A DNA stretch of 64,000 nt from Raillietiella orientalis. Its lineage: Eukaryota. Within the stretch, counting starts at the first letter, position 1; every line of letters starts with the position of its first letter. Both the position numbers and the translations under genes were made by a program. The notes beneath the pieces are model-generated. The model ran no database searches and was not told the origin of the DNA. It saw only the letters and a list, made by a program, of their open reading frames with translations. Positions 11,401-23,399 of this stretch are shown piece by piece. The DNA lies in the NCBI GenBank assembly GCA_036172245.1, contig JAYWIR010000006.1, forward strand, positions 5,704,001-5,768,000. The letters run 5' to 3'.

Positions 11401-13963
11401 CACCACCAAGTTCGAGGGAAGAAGCCGCCGCCGCCCGAAGAAGTGTCTTAACTGCCCTTCTCCTCCCCTCCCCCTCCTTCGCCCCCGCCCGCCCTCTCAC
11501 CGCGCGCACGCTCTGCTCCCAGGCTGGTCGGCGGTCACGTGCTATCCGGGCGAGAGGGGGCGCCGAGCAGGCTGCCCCGCGGTCTGCATCGAGAGCGAGG
11601 CGGAGCCATCATCCCTCCCTGGCGCGGCCGTGGCAGCTCGACCCCGAGACCCGCTGAGCCCGCAGTCCGGCCCTGCGGGCGGGGGAGGCGCAACAACGCC
11701 CCTCCCCCTTCCCGAGCGAAGGGAGGAGGAGAACTCCGCCTCCGCCCGCTGCCAGGCGACGGAGGGGCGGGGGCGAGCGCTCCCTCGCAGGGGGAAGCAG
11801 CGCCAAAGACAACATCCCTAACGACCGGTTGCCCCTGGAATCCTCCCTTAATTGCCAGCGGAGAGCGCTCGCCCCGAGGGGAGAAACGCAAAACGCCTGG
11901 AGGGGGCGGAGGGCCGCCTCGTCGCGCCCGTGGCGGCGGCCGGACGGGAGGAGGGGGACGTCGGCATGACGGATGCCCCGTAGTCGGGGCGAGTCCGCCC
12001 CTCCAGGGAGTTTCGCGCGCGACCCAGGTCCCAGCCGGCGACTGCAGCGGGACTCTGGGGGGGACTCCTACCCTCGCTGCCCGGGGGGATCCCGGGCGCT
12101 CGCTTGCTCCCGCGCGGGTGAGCGAGCGATAGGGGGCGGGATACCGATTCATCCCGCGCCGTCTCACTCAATTGGAATCCGGGAATTCACCTCCTGCGCC
12201 TCCTGCACACCCAGATTCCTGTTCTCCTCTTGCGGGCGCGCGCACGTCTGCGGCGGAGGCCGCCGCCGCCGCCGTCGCCGCATTCCTGCTTCCCCCCCCC
12301 CCCCTTCTCCAGCCTTCGTGGCGTTCGGCCCCTCCCTCTCTCCTTCCTTCGTTCCCGTTCCCGCCGCGGAAAGACATGCTGGATCCCTCCCCTTCTTCCT
12401 CCCCCCCGCTCCTTGTGAAATATGCTTCCCTGACCTCGCGCGGCTCGCTCGGGGCACGCCGAGATCACGCCGCGCAATCCCGGGCGATTAGCGCCGCTGA
12501 TGGAAGCGGAACGGCGGGGACACCGCGCAAGAACAAAAGGCGCTGCGCGCGCGCGTCGTGCCAAATGTCGGCAGCGCGCCTCCTCCCCCTGCCATTCCGT
12601 TCCAGGAGGAAACGGCCGCGATCGGGTTTCAGCCGGGGGAGCCACGGGACCCGCGCATTCCCGGAAGGGAGAGGAAGGGGGGAGAGGAAAGAAAAGAAGG
12701 GAAGAAAGAAAGAAAAATGCTAAAAACGAAAGCAGGAAAGAAGAAAAAAAAGGAGGAAAAAGGATCTCAGGGGAGAGGACCGTGCGACGGAGCAGGCAGC
12801 CAGCGCCCTCTCCGAGCGAGCGCCTCGCTTGCCATCCGCTGCGAAACGCCGCCGGCAGAGGGCAGCGGCGCTCTGTTTCGTCATGGAAAGTCCGCGCCGC
12901 AACCCTGCCCTTTCCCTCACCCCCGCGCGCCCCGGCGCTCATGAGGATCGGCCGCGGCGGCGGCAGGTCTCCCGCCCACGAGCTCGGAGTCCCGCATCGG
13001 GGAGGGGAGCGGTTCCTTGGCACGGAGAGAAGGGGCGAGACATCGCCTCCTCGTCTGCCTCCCCAGAGAGGACTGCTCGCTTCCAGGACCCTCCGGCAAA
13101 CCGGAGCTTCGCAGGTACGACACGGAGGCGGCCTGCCCGTCCCGCGAGGGGGCGCTCCCGGCCGAAGAGGAGGCTGGAGCCGGGAGGAGTAGGCGGAAGG
13201 CGTCACCTCAGGGAGGACCTTGCTCTCCCGTGAGGAGAAAAGAGGGAAACCCTGGGTCGTTTTCTGCCCGCTGCTCGCTCCCGGAGAGCGGGAAGGGCTC
13301 GCGGGAAAAGGGGTGCCCCCGCCACGCCGTCAGCAGCGACCGTGGGGGGCAGGGGATGAGCTGTCAGAGAGCCAGCCCTCCGCCGTTCTCGCGTCCCGTT
13401 GCCAGGCGGCTGCGCGGAGGCGGGGGTCGCCCCGATCTCAGGAATCCTCGCCTTCGCCTCCTTCCCTTTCCCGCCGTCTGCGCGCTCATGCCACGCCCTC
13501 CACTCCACCTCGGTGACTGCAGGCCCGCTGCGCGCATGCGCGCGCTCCCGCCCACTGCCCCGCCCCGCCATTTTCTCCGCCGCCATTGCCGTCACGGCCG
13601 GCGCGCTCGCGCCCGCGCCGCACGTTTTTGGGGTGGGCGCGCAGCCCCCTTGCCTCGTAGACCCGGCCGAGGGAAAGTTCGGTCCCCTCCAGAGAGCACT
13701 CGCACGCGCTCGCCGGACCGTCAGGTTGCCGCACAAACACCGCCCGTCCTCCGACGGAGTGCGCCTATTTATAGATGTGGTTAGGCGTTTTCCGCCGGGC
13801 GTCTAAAAATAGCTGGGGTTGTGGATCAAGGAGCGGGACGGCAGCATCTTGCGCGAGCTCTCCCCGCCGGAGCGCCCCGGGCTGGGGACGCGGGGTCGGA
13901 CGCGGACGTCGCGCAGGGGCAGGGTCGCCGCAGCTCCACGGTCACCGCCGCTGCTGCTTCCAG

Positions 13964-14883
13964 ACTCACAGATCCAGCCGTACGGGGAGGTGAACCAGCT
14001 GGGCGGAGTCTTCGTCAACGGCAGGCCGCTGCCCAACACGGTGCGTCTGCGCATCGTCGAGCTGGCGCAGCTGGGCATCCGCCCGTGCGACATCAGCCGG
14101 CAGCTGCGGGTCTCCCACGGGTGCGTGTCGAAGATCCTGGCCAGGTACAACGAGACGGGCTCGATCCTCCCGGGCACCATCGGAGGCAGCAAACCCCGGG
14201 TGACCACTCCGAAGGTGGTGGCCTGCATCAAGGAGTTGAAGCGGAAGGACCCTGGCATCTTCGCATGGGAGATACGCGACAGGCTGCTCTCCGAGGGCGT
14301 CTGTGATAAGTTCAACGTGCCCTCGGTGAGCTCCATCAGCAGGATCCTCCGCAACAAGATCGGGGGACTACCCGCCGCCCAGCCCGGGGCGCCACCCACA
14401 GGGGCGGCGGACCCGCAGCAGCACCCGCTGGCCTTCGACGGCAAGGGGGCGCCCCCGTCCCTGCACACAGCGGAAGCACCGCCGCCGCCCCTCTATGGCC
14501 CCTTCTACGCGAGCCACCACCACCACCACCGCCAGTTCGCCTCGTCGAAGGTGGCGCCGCCACCACCGCCGCCGCCACCGCCGTGCGGGGTGGCCTCCCG
14601 CGCACGCTGGCCCGAGCTGCTCAGTCACGTGGGTTTCGGCAGCCCCAAGCACCATCACCACCACCACCACGCCCACCACCAGGTGCCGCCTTCGGCTCTC
14701 TCCCCGGTCGGCCCCGCGAACGCTTTCGGCTCGGCCATACCCCAGGACGTCGCTGCCGTCCAGAACTACAACTACTACATGTACCTCCAGTCTCCCTGCT
14801 CCGGAATACACCCAGGGTCCGGCTTCGCCAACGGCTTCTACCCCGTCGTCAACGGCAACGGGCTGGCCTCCCAGGCCATCTGA
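13964..14883 (+). CDS. Poxm: Pax1/9-class paired-box transcription factor (Pox meso-like), main coding exon; the short first exon (probably ATG-G) was not located
   Basis: Complete paired domain [64 protein letters not shown]...[13 protein letters not shown], with Pax1/9-type sequence and no homeodomain. Phase-1 acceptor ttccag ends at 13963; stop TGA at 14881-14883. Confidence 0.95.
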
Positions 14884-16589
14884 CGGAGTGGGCGGCGCGC
14901 CCCTCCTCCACCCACCTGCCCCGGGAGGAACGATCAGTCAGTTGCTGCTGCTGCACGCGCAAGAGATACCCCGCCCGTCCTACTTCCCCTTTCCTCCTGC
15001 CCCGCTTTCCTCCCTTTCCGGCATATCCCGGTCCGCCTGCCTCCGGACGGGGAAGGAGGAGGAAAAGGCCCGGCGGCCATTTCCCCCGCCGCCCAACTAC
15101 CCCACCCGTCCCCGTGCGGGCAGCCCCGCCCACCCCCACATGAAAGCTTCATTGCTGTTGTTGTTGTTGAATTGTTGGCTGCAAGAAGCGAGCGGAAATA
15201 AAAGAGACGGAAAAGAAGGGGGAAAGAAAAAAGTAAGGGAACGGTGGAGAGGGTTGCGGAAGAGGGTACTTGTTTTGCCCCTCGGGCCCACTTTCCGCGA
15301 ATCCCGGCAGGAAGCAGGCCAGGGAGAGGCAGTCCACCCTTCGGTCCAGCTGACCCTCCGCCGACCGAGCAGCAAAAGGGATGCGGGTGAGACCCGACCG
15401 CCGCGCTTCCCGGAGGGGCCGCGGCAGATGACAGTCTGCTGCGAAGGGCGCGCTCCCATGCCCGGAGGCGGGGATGCTCCCACTGTGCCTGCAGGACGGA
15501 GACAGAAAGAGAGAGAGAGAGAGAGAAAGAAAGAAAGAAATAGCGGGCTCCAGAAGGCTACCGGAGCAACAGCAGCAGCCACCTTTATTCTCCCCCCCCC
15601 CTCTCGCCCCCCTATGCTTGTCCCTCCGCCACGGGTGCGGTGGTTCTCTCCGTGTGTGCTCCTCAGCATTAGAGCACCTGGGTGTTCCGGTCACCACCCT
15701 CCGTGCGGTCGACGCGTTCCGTGCGCTCTTCGGAGATTCTACAACCTCTCCCATGGGCGCTTCGCCGCTTTTTGGAGATCCCATGGGCATGCAGCTCCAC
15801 TTTGGGCGAGGCCGGAGGCTGTGATCCTTTCTGGATGACCCTTCCCTGTCCTGCCTCTTCCAGTGCCGCTGATGTATATTCGTGAGGGAGGCTGAGGTCA
15901 CAGCAAACCCGTAGCACCAGTTCTTCGGATCTCCTGGCCTAGCTGGAGGCCTCCCCTTTGGGGTCTGCGTTCCCGGGGTCTGCCCGTTGTGCCGTAGCCC
16001 GGCGATTCTGCACGTCCCTCGCGCTCCCCGCACGCTCGACCGGCACCGTTGCTGGTGGGTGGCAGCAGCGGCTTGTGCGGGCAGAAAACCAGGTCACGCC
16101 CCACGGATGAGCTCACGCTGTCCTCTCCCCCATGGAGGAAAGGAAAACAACCGAAGCGCGATGCCGCCCACCGAGGGACGTGTGCTCTGCACTCAGAAAT
16201 GCGTCCGTGCCTCCTCGCGCCAAGGAGATTTTCTTCCTCGCATGCGCGTCGAATGCTGCTGGGTGCCGGAGGCGATCACCCCTCTCGAAGGCCTGCTCCG
16301 ACTCGACCGGCCCGGCACCCCTCGCACTGACGGACCTGCGCCATCTTAGATCGAACCAGGAGTGAAAGTCCTCCTCACGGACACTAGCAGTGTCCCTGGG
16401 ACGCGGATGCTCAAGCGACAAGCAACGTGCTCGCATCCGGTGAGATGTCAGCGCGCCTCTGCACCTTGGGCACGCGAGCCGAGGTGGAAGCTTCGTAACG
16501 GTAACACCACCAGACAACAATGGTTGAAAAAAGGGGGGTCGAAATGCCAAATAGGATCAGAGCTGGCAGAAGGGTTGTTCCTGTAGCCC

Positions 16590-17960
16590 GCCGATCCCCA
16601 TCCGGCTTTTCTTTCTCTCCCTCTCCGTCCTACCAGCACGTTCCCCGAAAGGAAGGACCGGTGGGATGGCGGCCGCGTTTCTGGAGGCGGTCTCCAAAGC
16701 ACCTGCGCCTCTGCTGGCGTGTCCTTAGTTTGGTCGGGCGGAGATGCTCGAAGGCAGGAACGTGGAGGGTGGCGGACGACGAGGAGGACCTGACCGCTGC
16801 CGCGTTCCCTGAAGCTCTGATCTTCCTACATCCGACAGAAAACGTGAGCTCCGGGTGCCCTCCGATGGCCAAAGCCTGGAAGGAGTTCTTCCTCCCTCCC
16901 CCCTTTCCTTCCTCTCAGTTCGCTGCAAGGGATAGGAAATTCGATCACAAGATGTGCCTGCACTGCCTCGTCCTCAGCAGCCTCTAGCAGCGGAGTGCCA
17001 GCCTCTTCGTCGAGGTCAGACTGACCGAAGCATGCCGCTAATCTAGACCATCCTATTTCGCTATTTAACCTCTTTTTCGACCATTGCTGCCTGGTGATGC
17101 CACTGTTGCGAAATGCCCATTCTTCTTGCTTCAACATTCCCGGAAGTTGCTAGTACACCGGGGCGGAAAAAAAGTCTTTCATGGTATCTACAGCGACAAC
17201 CTGCAACTCACCATGGTGACCGCTTTGGTCCGAACCCGCTGCTTTATGGGTTGCCAAGGGGAATGAGATCTGGACGGGGGGGGAGGAAGGGAGGGGCAAG
17301 GAAGAGGGACGGAAGAACCATGAAGAACTCAGAGCGGGTGCGGATGAAAGAGCTAAACCTCAGGAAACTGCCGCTGCTGCTGCAGTGGGGCGTTCGATAG
17401 GGCTGAGGAGAGTCCTCCACCTCGAGGAAAGCGCGGAGAGGTTCCTCTCCTCCTCCCCCACATTGTGCACCTCCCGTGTGGTCGCCGGGTGCGGAAGAGG
17501 TATGGAATTCGCAGGAAGAATTTCCGTGAACACACACTTAGGACGCGCTTTTTGTCTGAGACACTCCTGAAGAAAGTCCTCCTCTCCTCCCCTCGACAGT
17601 CTCGCGCCTTCTTCCCGTGCGACGCGAGCGCTCGTTTCTTCCGTCGCTGTGGAAATTCTGATGGGAGCGGGGGAGAGATGCGTCAAGGTGGAGGGATGGG
17701 GATGAGGTGCCTGCGCTGGCATCTGCAAGTCGAGGGCTCTCGTCCGAACAAGCTGCTGCGCCGAAGTGCTGTCTCCTCCTGCTGTCTCAAAAAGTCGGCT
17801 AGTCGCTTCCCCTCCACGGCGACCCTTCCGAACCCTAGGCACCCCTCCAGCTGCCAAAGCATCTCAGCTGACCTTCCCGGGATGAGTCCTTCCCCTCATC
17901 CAGCAACCTTCCCATTTCGGTGCTTGCACATTCTGGAACAGTCCCCCCTTCCCCTTTTTT
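16590..17960 (+). mobile_element. ORF1-like + knuckle + USP-like relic
   Basis: VEVRL..LDHPILFRYLTSF, RTRCFMGCQG, RGMEFAGRISVNTHL, CDASARFF, MRCLRW, FRCLH. Confidence 0.5.
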
Positions 17961-18279
17961 TTTTCCTGCACCGTCCGGATGGAGCGAAGCGCCGCTCTCA
18001 GGGCGCGTGCTCAGCCCGTCAGATGCCCCTAGGCAAGGGACGGACGCGGTTGGATTCGCACGGACATTAAGGCCGCCCGCCTACTGCGCGCACCTGTCTC
18101 CCTCGTGCGCACTGCAGATTGGCTGGAAAGATGAGGTGGGAGGAGAGAACGGAAGAACAAGAGCATCCTTTTTTTCCCTTGCCAGGTGGATGGCGATCCC
18201 TCGGTCTCTGCCCGAGGGCTCAGGATCACCCTACACCTGCGACCCATTCTCGCGGTCGTCCGGCAAGCAACGTTGTCTG

Positions 18280-19260
18280 GAGTAGACCTCCGAAACCCGT
18301 CGTTCACGAGGGACCTACGACCCCAACAACCGCATCGGCGGCTGAAGGAACAGTTCCTGGAGCAGAAAAGGTAGCTTTGGGGCCGCATCCCGGACGAGCC
18401 CGATGGTCCATCTGCGCCACCACCAAAGTTTCCAGTGCCTCAGCCCCTCGAGCAAAATGGAGGGGGGGACTCCCGTAAACCTGGGGAGATGCACCCAGGG
18501 TCCAGACTAGGGACGCGCCCAGAAATCGCGCGATCTGAGGTAGCAGCAATGAGACGCGACGAACACTGTCCCGGAGACCTCCGAGGGTGTCCTGCGGATC
18601 CCCAGCTGCGAAGTGAGCCTCGCAGCTCATCTGGCTACAATGCATTTCGGAAGGAAGGGAGACGGGGGCGGAGCAGGGAATTCCTGTGTCCCTAAGCTCG
18701 GAACTTCCTCTTCTTTCCCTTTCCTCCCTCCGCGAATGCCTCGCGCCTCTTTGGGCGATCCGCAGGACTGAGACCGGACCCAAGGATGGAATTCTGGGAA
18801 TCGTTTCCCGAGCTTTCAGAAACGATTTCCGCTGCCGCCTCCACGGAAAGGAAAAGAGCAATTGTCAAGACGATCAGCTCCCGAACGCTACCCATGCGGT
18901 TTGGAACTGGACACGCTCCTTGTCTTCCGCCAAGGAGATGCATGATGGCGACCAGGACGCGGGACCTGCCCGAAACCCGGGTTTCCATCGTAATTGTAAT
19001 TCCTCTCTTCCCCTCAGCCCTCTTTATCTCCTCCCTCCTTGAGGAACGATGCTGTGAGCGTGCGTACGGCTTGCCCGATGATGGGAAAAACCACACGAAT
19101 GGTCCAGTCTCAAACAGCGCAAGACCCAGAAACCATCCCCAGAAAACGCACGCACGCTCGTGAAAGAACTCAACGCGAGCCCTCCTCCTCCTTGCAGGAG
19201 AGGAGGGGAGGGGGAAGGGGAAAGGGAGGAGGATGAGCACGAGAAGTCGTTTTCTGTATA
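18280..19260 (+). pseudogene. USP-like relic
   Basis: VDLRNPSFT (18282), QQ*DAT (18545), LIWLQC, LSLSSLRECL (18711), NDFRCR, RAIVKTISSRTLP, RAYGL. Confidence 0.6.
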
Positions 19261-19829
19261 GCTGGCGCACCCGGAGTTCAGGCGACAGCATCTCACTTCG
19301 AGAGCAACGCATTCCTGGACGGATCGCCTTTCCAGGACGCTTGTTTCACTTTCTCGTAATTGGACGGCGGCGCCTTCCTTCTGCCAAGTCTTGGGGAGCG
19401 TGGTGAGAACTTCTCGAACGAGTTGGCACCGTGATACTCAGAGGACACATCCGAGCCGTTACTCATTGCGTTAATCACCTGCAGGAATCGATCCACGTGA
19501 TGAAAACGTCCGGCATTCCCGTGGCAGTTGGGGTAGCACTTCACACACTTCCTGGGGAGGGGTGAATTGCTCAACGGGTGCGCCTCGTTAAGATGGCGCC
19601 GCGACTGGGTTGCGGGTTCACCGGGAAAGCGCGCAGGGCGTTTTGCTCATTGTTGCTCGCGCAGCGTCCTCGTGACGCAACAATGCATCCGTCGCCCTCG
19701 CTGGAAAAGCGTGGTTTATGCGGCCCGGCCGCCGTTTCGCTCGAGAGAGGAAGTTGCCATGGTTGCGGCGAAGGCCCCACACAGCTGTCGGAGTGGGATC
19801 GAGAGAGTCGCAAAGTGTTTAACACCATT

Positions 19830-20890
19830 CCAACTAAAGAGGGAAAACCGAAACCGTTGCTGTTGGGTTCGCAATCTCATTCAGCACCGCAGTCCGAAAC
19901 ACGGCCCTGAGGATCTCGAAACGCACCTTCGATTCCTGCGCGCCCTGGTCAGAAAGGCAGTCGAGTCAGCGTTGCGTGCTCCCTTCCGCCTCCATGATGA
20001 TGGTGGGGCCGCGGGCCTGTTCGGAGTCGGAGCACAGGGTGCTAGCCCCGCGCTCAGGGTTTCTTCCCCCACCCATCCCCCTGTTTTCATACTCCCGCCT
20101 CCAAAACTCGTGTTCGCCGAGGGATCGTCTTGTTCTCTGCGGGAGGACGCTGTCAGGAAATCTGCGCGGTGCTCCAAAAGTGTTCTTGCAAATCCGCATG
20201 GACGGCATCAGGTGGTGCAGGAAAGGGGTGAAAGGAAGGAGAATGCAAGACGAAGAAAGGTTTGTGCCGGCAGCACCACGTAAGTTACCAACGTGCCATG
20301 ACGCGGGGTGGGTGACCGCTCGCCTGAGAAGAGCATTCCTTCGAGAGGACGAGCCGCGCTCTCTTCCTTGAGGTTTCGAATGCCTCCACCGGTGAGTAAA
20401 CTCCATCGGACGAAACGTCGTCCTCCCTTGTCCTCGGGCCTCCTCGCACCGTCCACCCGGACTTGGGAAAAATGCCCATCCTCCCTTTGGCAGGGACTTC
20501 TCCGACGAACCGACGGTGTGCCGGCTGATTCAACCCAGCACACCGTCGCTCGGAAACTGGGGTGTCCGCTCGGCGGTGGGAACACTCGCCGGTGCAGCCC
20601 TTTCCTCGTATGACGCAAATAGGGAACCCTAAGGAAGATAGCACGGGGGTGCTCTTTCCCTTCCCGTCTTCGGAGGAGAGACTTTAGCGATGCTGGTGGA
20701 GAGCCGGATGGCCTTCCGTTCAGTCGGTCGTCTCGACAGCTCGCTTCGCCTGTGGTCATCCTTTCCCTGCCCTTCCTGCTCCAATGAAGAACGGCACTGC
20801 CGGACGGGCGCTCGTGACGTCAGGAGAGGCTTCCACTCGTCCGCAGAGGCAGCAGCTTTCAGTCTCTCAGCCTTCGCCAGGCGCCGTGCG
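19830..20890 (+). pseudogene. USP-like relic
   Basis: ENRNRCCWVRNLIQ, REDAV, RKVCAG, EKCPS, LRLWS...EERHCRT. Confidence 0.5.
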
Positions 20891-20949
20891 TGGCGCCCTC
20901 GCAGCGAGGACGACGCGCTGCAACGAAAAAAAGAATGAGAAGCGGGGTG

Positions 20950-21560
20950 GACGGACACGAGGAGTCCTTGCACGCCGAGCAGAGGGTCCCCGTCCTGCTA
21001 GCCACCCTCTAATTCTTCCTGGAAAATGGTATGATGCCAGCCCGGGGGTGGGCAAACCGTCGGCAGCCCTCCCGCATCGGGAAGGGAGAAGAACAAACGC
21101 TTAGGATGGGAACTATCCGTTCCGGACGGGGGCCGACCGAAACAAAACCCGCGAGCTTCCCCTCTTCCTTCCGGGAACCGACTGTGTCGGAGGGCAAGAA
21201 AAGAGGGAACCTGCGGGAGGACACGGGACAGGGAAGTATCAGTTGCTCCTGGAGCACCATCCGGCGAACAAGAAGACGCGCATGCCGAGATACCTGCCTT
21301 CCTGCGCGGTAGCCCTGGCTTCCCCGAGCCCCAGCAATGCCTCCCGAATCTCGCGGAACTTTGCCGCGCCGCCCGCGCCGACGGGCCCGCCGCCGTCCAG
21401 CCAGCAGCCTGGAGGATGGGCGTGAGCGGCTGCCAAGGCCACCTTATCCGCAACGTGATCCACGTTCGCGACACGGTGATGCAGGACGCGGTGCCCGTTT
21501 ACAAGGAAGAAGTCGGGAGAGTGGAGGGGTCGGTCTTTTGGTCTCGAGGAGTTGGAAGTG
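20950..21560 (+). pseudogene. Weak USP-like relic
   Basis: WYDASP, RMPRYL, LIRNVIHV, MQDAV. Confidence 0.3.
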
Positions 21561-22069
21561 GCGAAGGGGATCGAGCTAACGCGCCGCTTTTCTCCCTCCT
21601 CCCTTCCCCCCTTCCCTCCCGTGCTCGTGCCCCGGGGAAACGCGCCAACTATCGGCGGGGCGGGTCCACTCCAGATTACCTAGCCGGGGAAGCGCCACGC
21701 AACCGATCGGCCGCTCTCTCTCCCGAGCAGGAAAGCAAGGCATCGTCTCCGATCCCCCCCTGGCGCTCAGGCGCGCCAACGCTCCAGCCTCCCCACTCCC
21801 CTGAGGAACATTTCAGGAAGAGGTTCTCCCGGTCCCTCTTCCTCTTCCTCCGCGCAAAAGCGACCGGCGCCGCCGCGAGTGGCACGGGGCAGCGCGCTCC
21901 GAGACCCCCGGGTAGCTGACAACGCGGGCAGTTCGCGGTGGAGAAGGAAGTGGATGGGGGGGGGATGAATAGACTTTCGGGAGCCTTTGTTGTCTTCTTC
22001 GTCCTCGTCCCTTGTCCCCCTCTTCACTCGATCAACCCAGTGGCGGGAAGGATGAGGAGTCTGATTTTT

Positions 22070-22110
22070 TACACGCACACATACACACACACATATATAT
22101 ATATATATAT
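22070..22110. repeat. (CA)n-(TA)n microsatellite
   Basis: Seen directly. Confidence 0.85.
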
Positions 22111-22699
22111 GTTCCCTCCTCCGAAGACAGTGAAATGAGTGAGGGGGGGAATGGCAATTATTGAGGCCCTGGGAAAAACGCGGCCAACTCCTTCAACGTC
22201 CGCGTTTGACGACTGACAATTTTTCAGATCCGTAACAAGCTGATAAATATGACGTTTACCTCTGACTTCTGCGTACACGTTGGATCCGTCACCGTTGGCA
22301 CCTTCGCACGGGGCTAAAAGCGCCGGCTGCATTTCGAATCACTCATAAGCGAGCGCTCGTCATATTCGCGAGCGTCCCCATGGAAACCGCGAGCGATGCG
22401 GCGAGAGCTCGCTATTTATAGCCTGCAAATTGAAGGGAAAAAAAAAGAGGAGGAAAAAAAGAAAGAAAGAAAAGCAAGGAAAAAAAAAAAAAAAAAGGCC
22501 GTGTTTTTCGGATTGCGGAGACCCGTGGAAGGAGCGCCCCTCTCGTTCTTTCTGCTCCCTCCTCCCCCTCCGCCCCCCTTTTTTCTCTCCCGCTAATTAT
22601 GCAACTGATTAAAAGATCGCATCGGGAGTTCGCGGCGGGCAAGGGCGGTAATTGGGCGGCCTCGGCGATGCTCCTGGCGGCACATCCGAAAACCCTCCG

Positions 22700-23250
22700 A
22701 GCCTCGCCGCGGCGAGAAGCAGGAAGTGGGAAAGCGGAATCGCAAGACGAATGAGAGCTCAGGGCCGCCCCTTCCGCGCGTCCGGAATTGGGCGCTCGCG
22801 ACACGACCCCTCCTCCCGCTCCCCTCTTCTCCCGAACACCACCCGGAAAGACACCCCCCGAAGAGCACGCAGCGCCTCTTGGCGGCGGGAAAGGAACCCC
22901 CCGTACCAGCCCCTCCATCAAGGGCGACCCGCAGTCCCTCAGAGGGGACGTCCCACTTCGCCACGGTCCATGTCCATGAGAAACGGGAACTCCCAGGAGC
23001 GCCCACTGTGGAGCGGCACTCGAGTCGAGTTCAGGAATCATCAGGGATGCGAGGAGGACGTGCTCCGCACGCCCCTCGGGAGCACACCTCGTCGCTTCCT
23101 GGAAGTTGGATCCCGTCTATCCTAGTGTTGCTGGATTGTCCCCTCCCTGACAGCGAAGGGCGTTTCCAGGAGCCACTGCACGCGGAGCGCTCGCTGCCGG
23201 AGGGACCAGGGCCATGGCTGAAGACCGCGATACTCCGGATCCAGGCGGTG
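22700..23250 (-). pseudogene. Weak USP-like relic (Cys-box end)
   Basis: YRGLQ...LRVQWLLETPFAVRE. Confidence 0.3.
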
Positions 23251-23399
23251 CTTGCGGCGTCTCCCTCGGCTGGGGAGCGTGCGTCGGGAGGGTCTGACCC
23301 CGTCGGCAGGCGAAGGACGAGAGCTGGAGGCACAGCTGTGTAACTGGGCTGGTCGTTCAAGGGGGGCGATGCGCCACCCATCTAGCGGCCGAGGCGTCA

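Noticed and set aside
14495..15838. 447-aa ORF overlapping the Poxm 3' end
   Set aside because: Alternate-frame shadow in GC-rich, low-complexity sequence; no domain.
15640..16340. Further possible USP relics here, at 1-700 and at 33640-33830
   Set aside because: Only one or two weak motifs each; too ambiguous to call by eye.
18770..19040. GPKDG...EFW and PLSPL as RT motifs
   Set aside because: Flanking motifs fit the USP order much better; no QG or YADD present.
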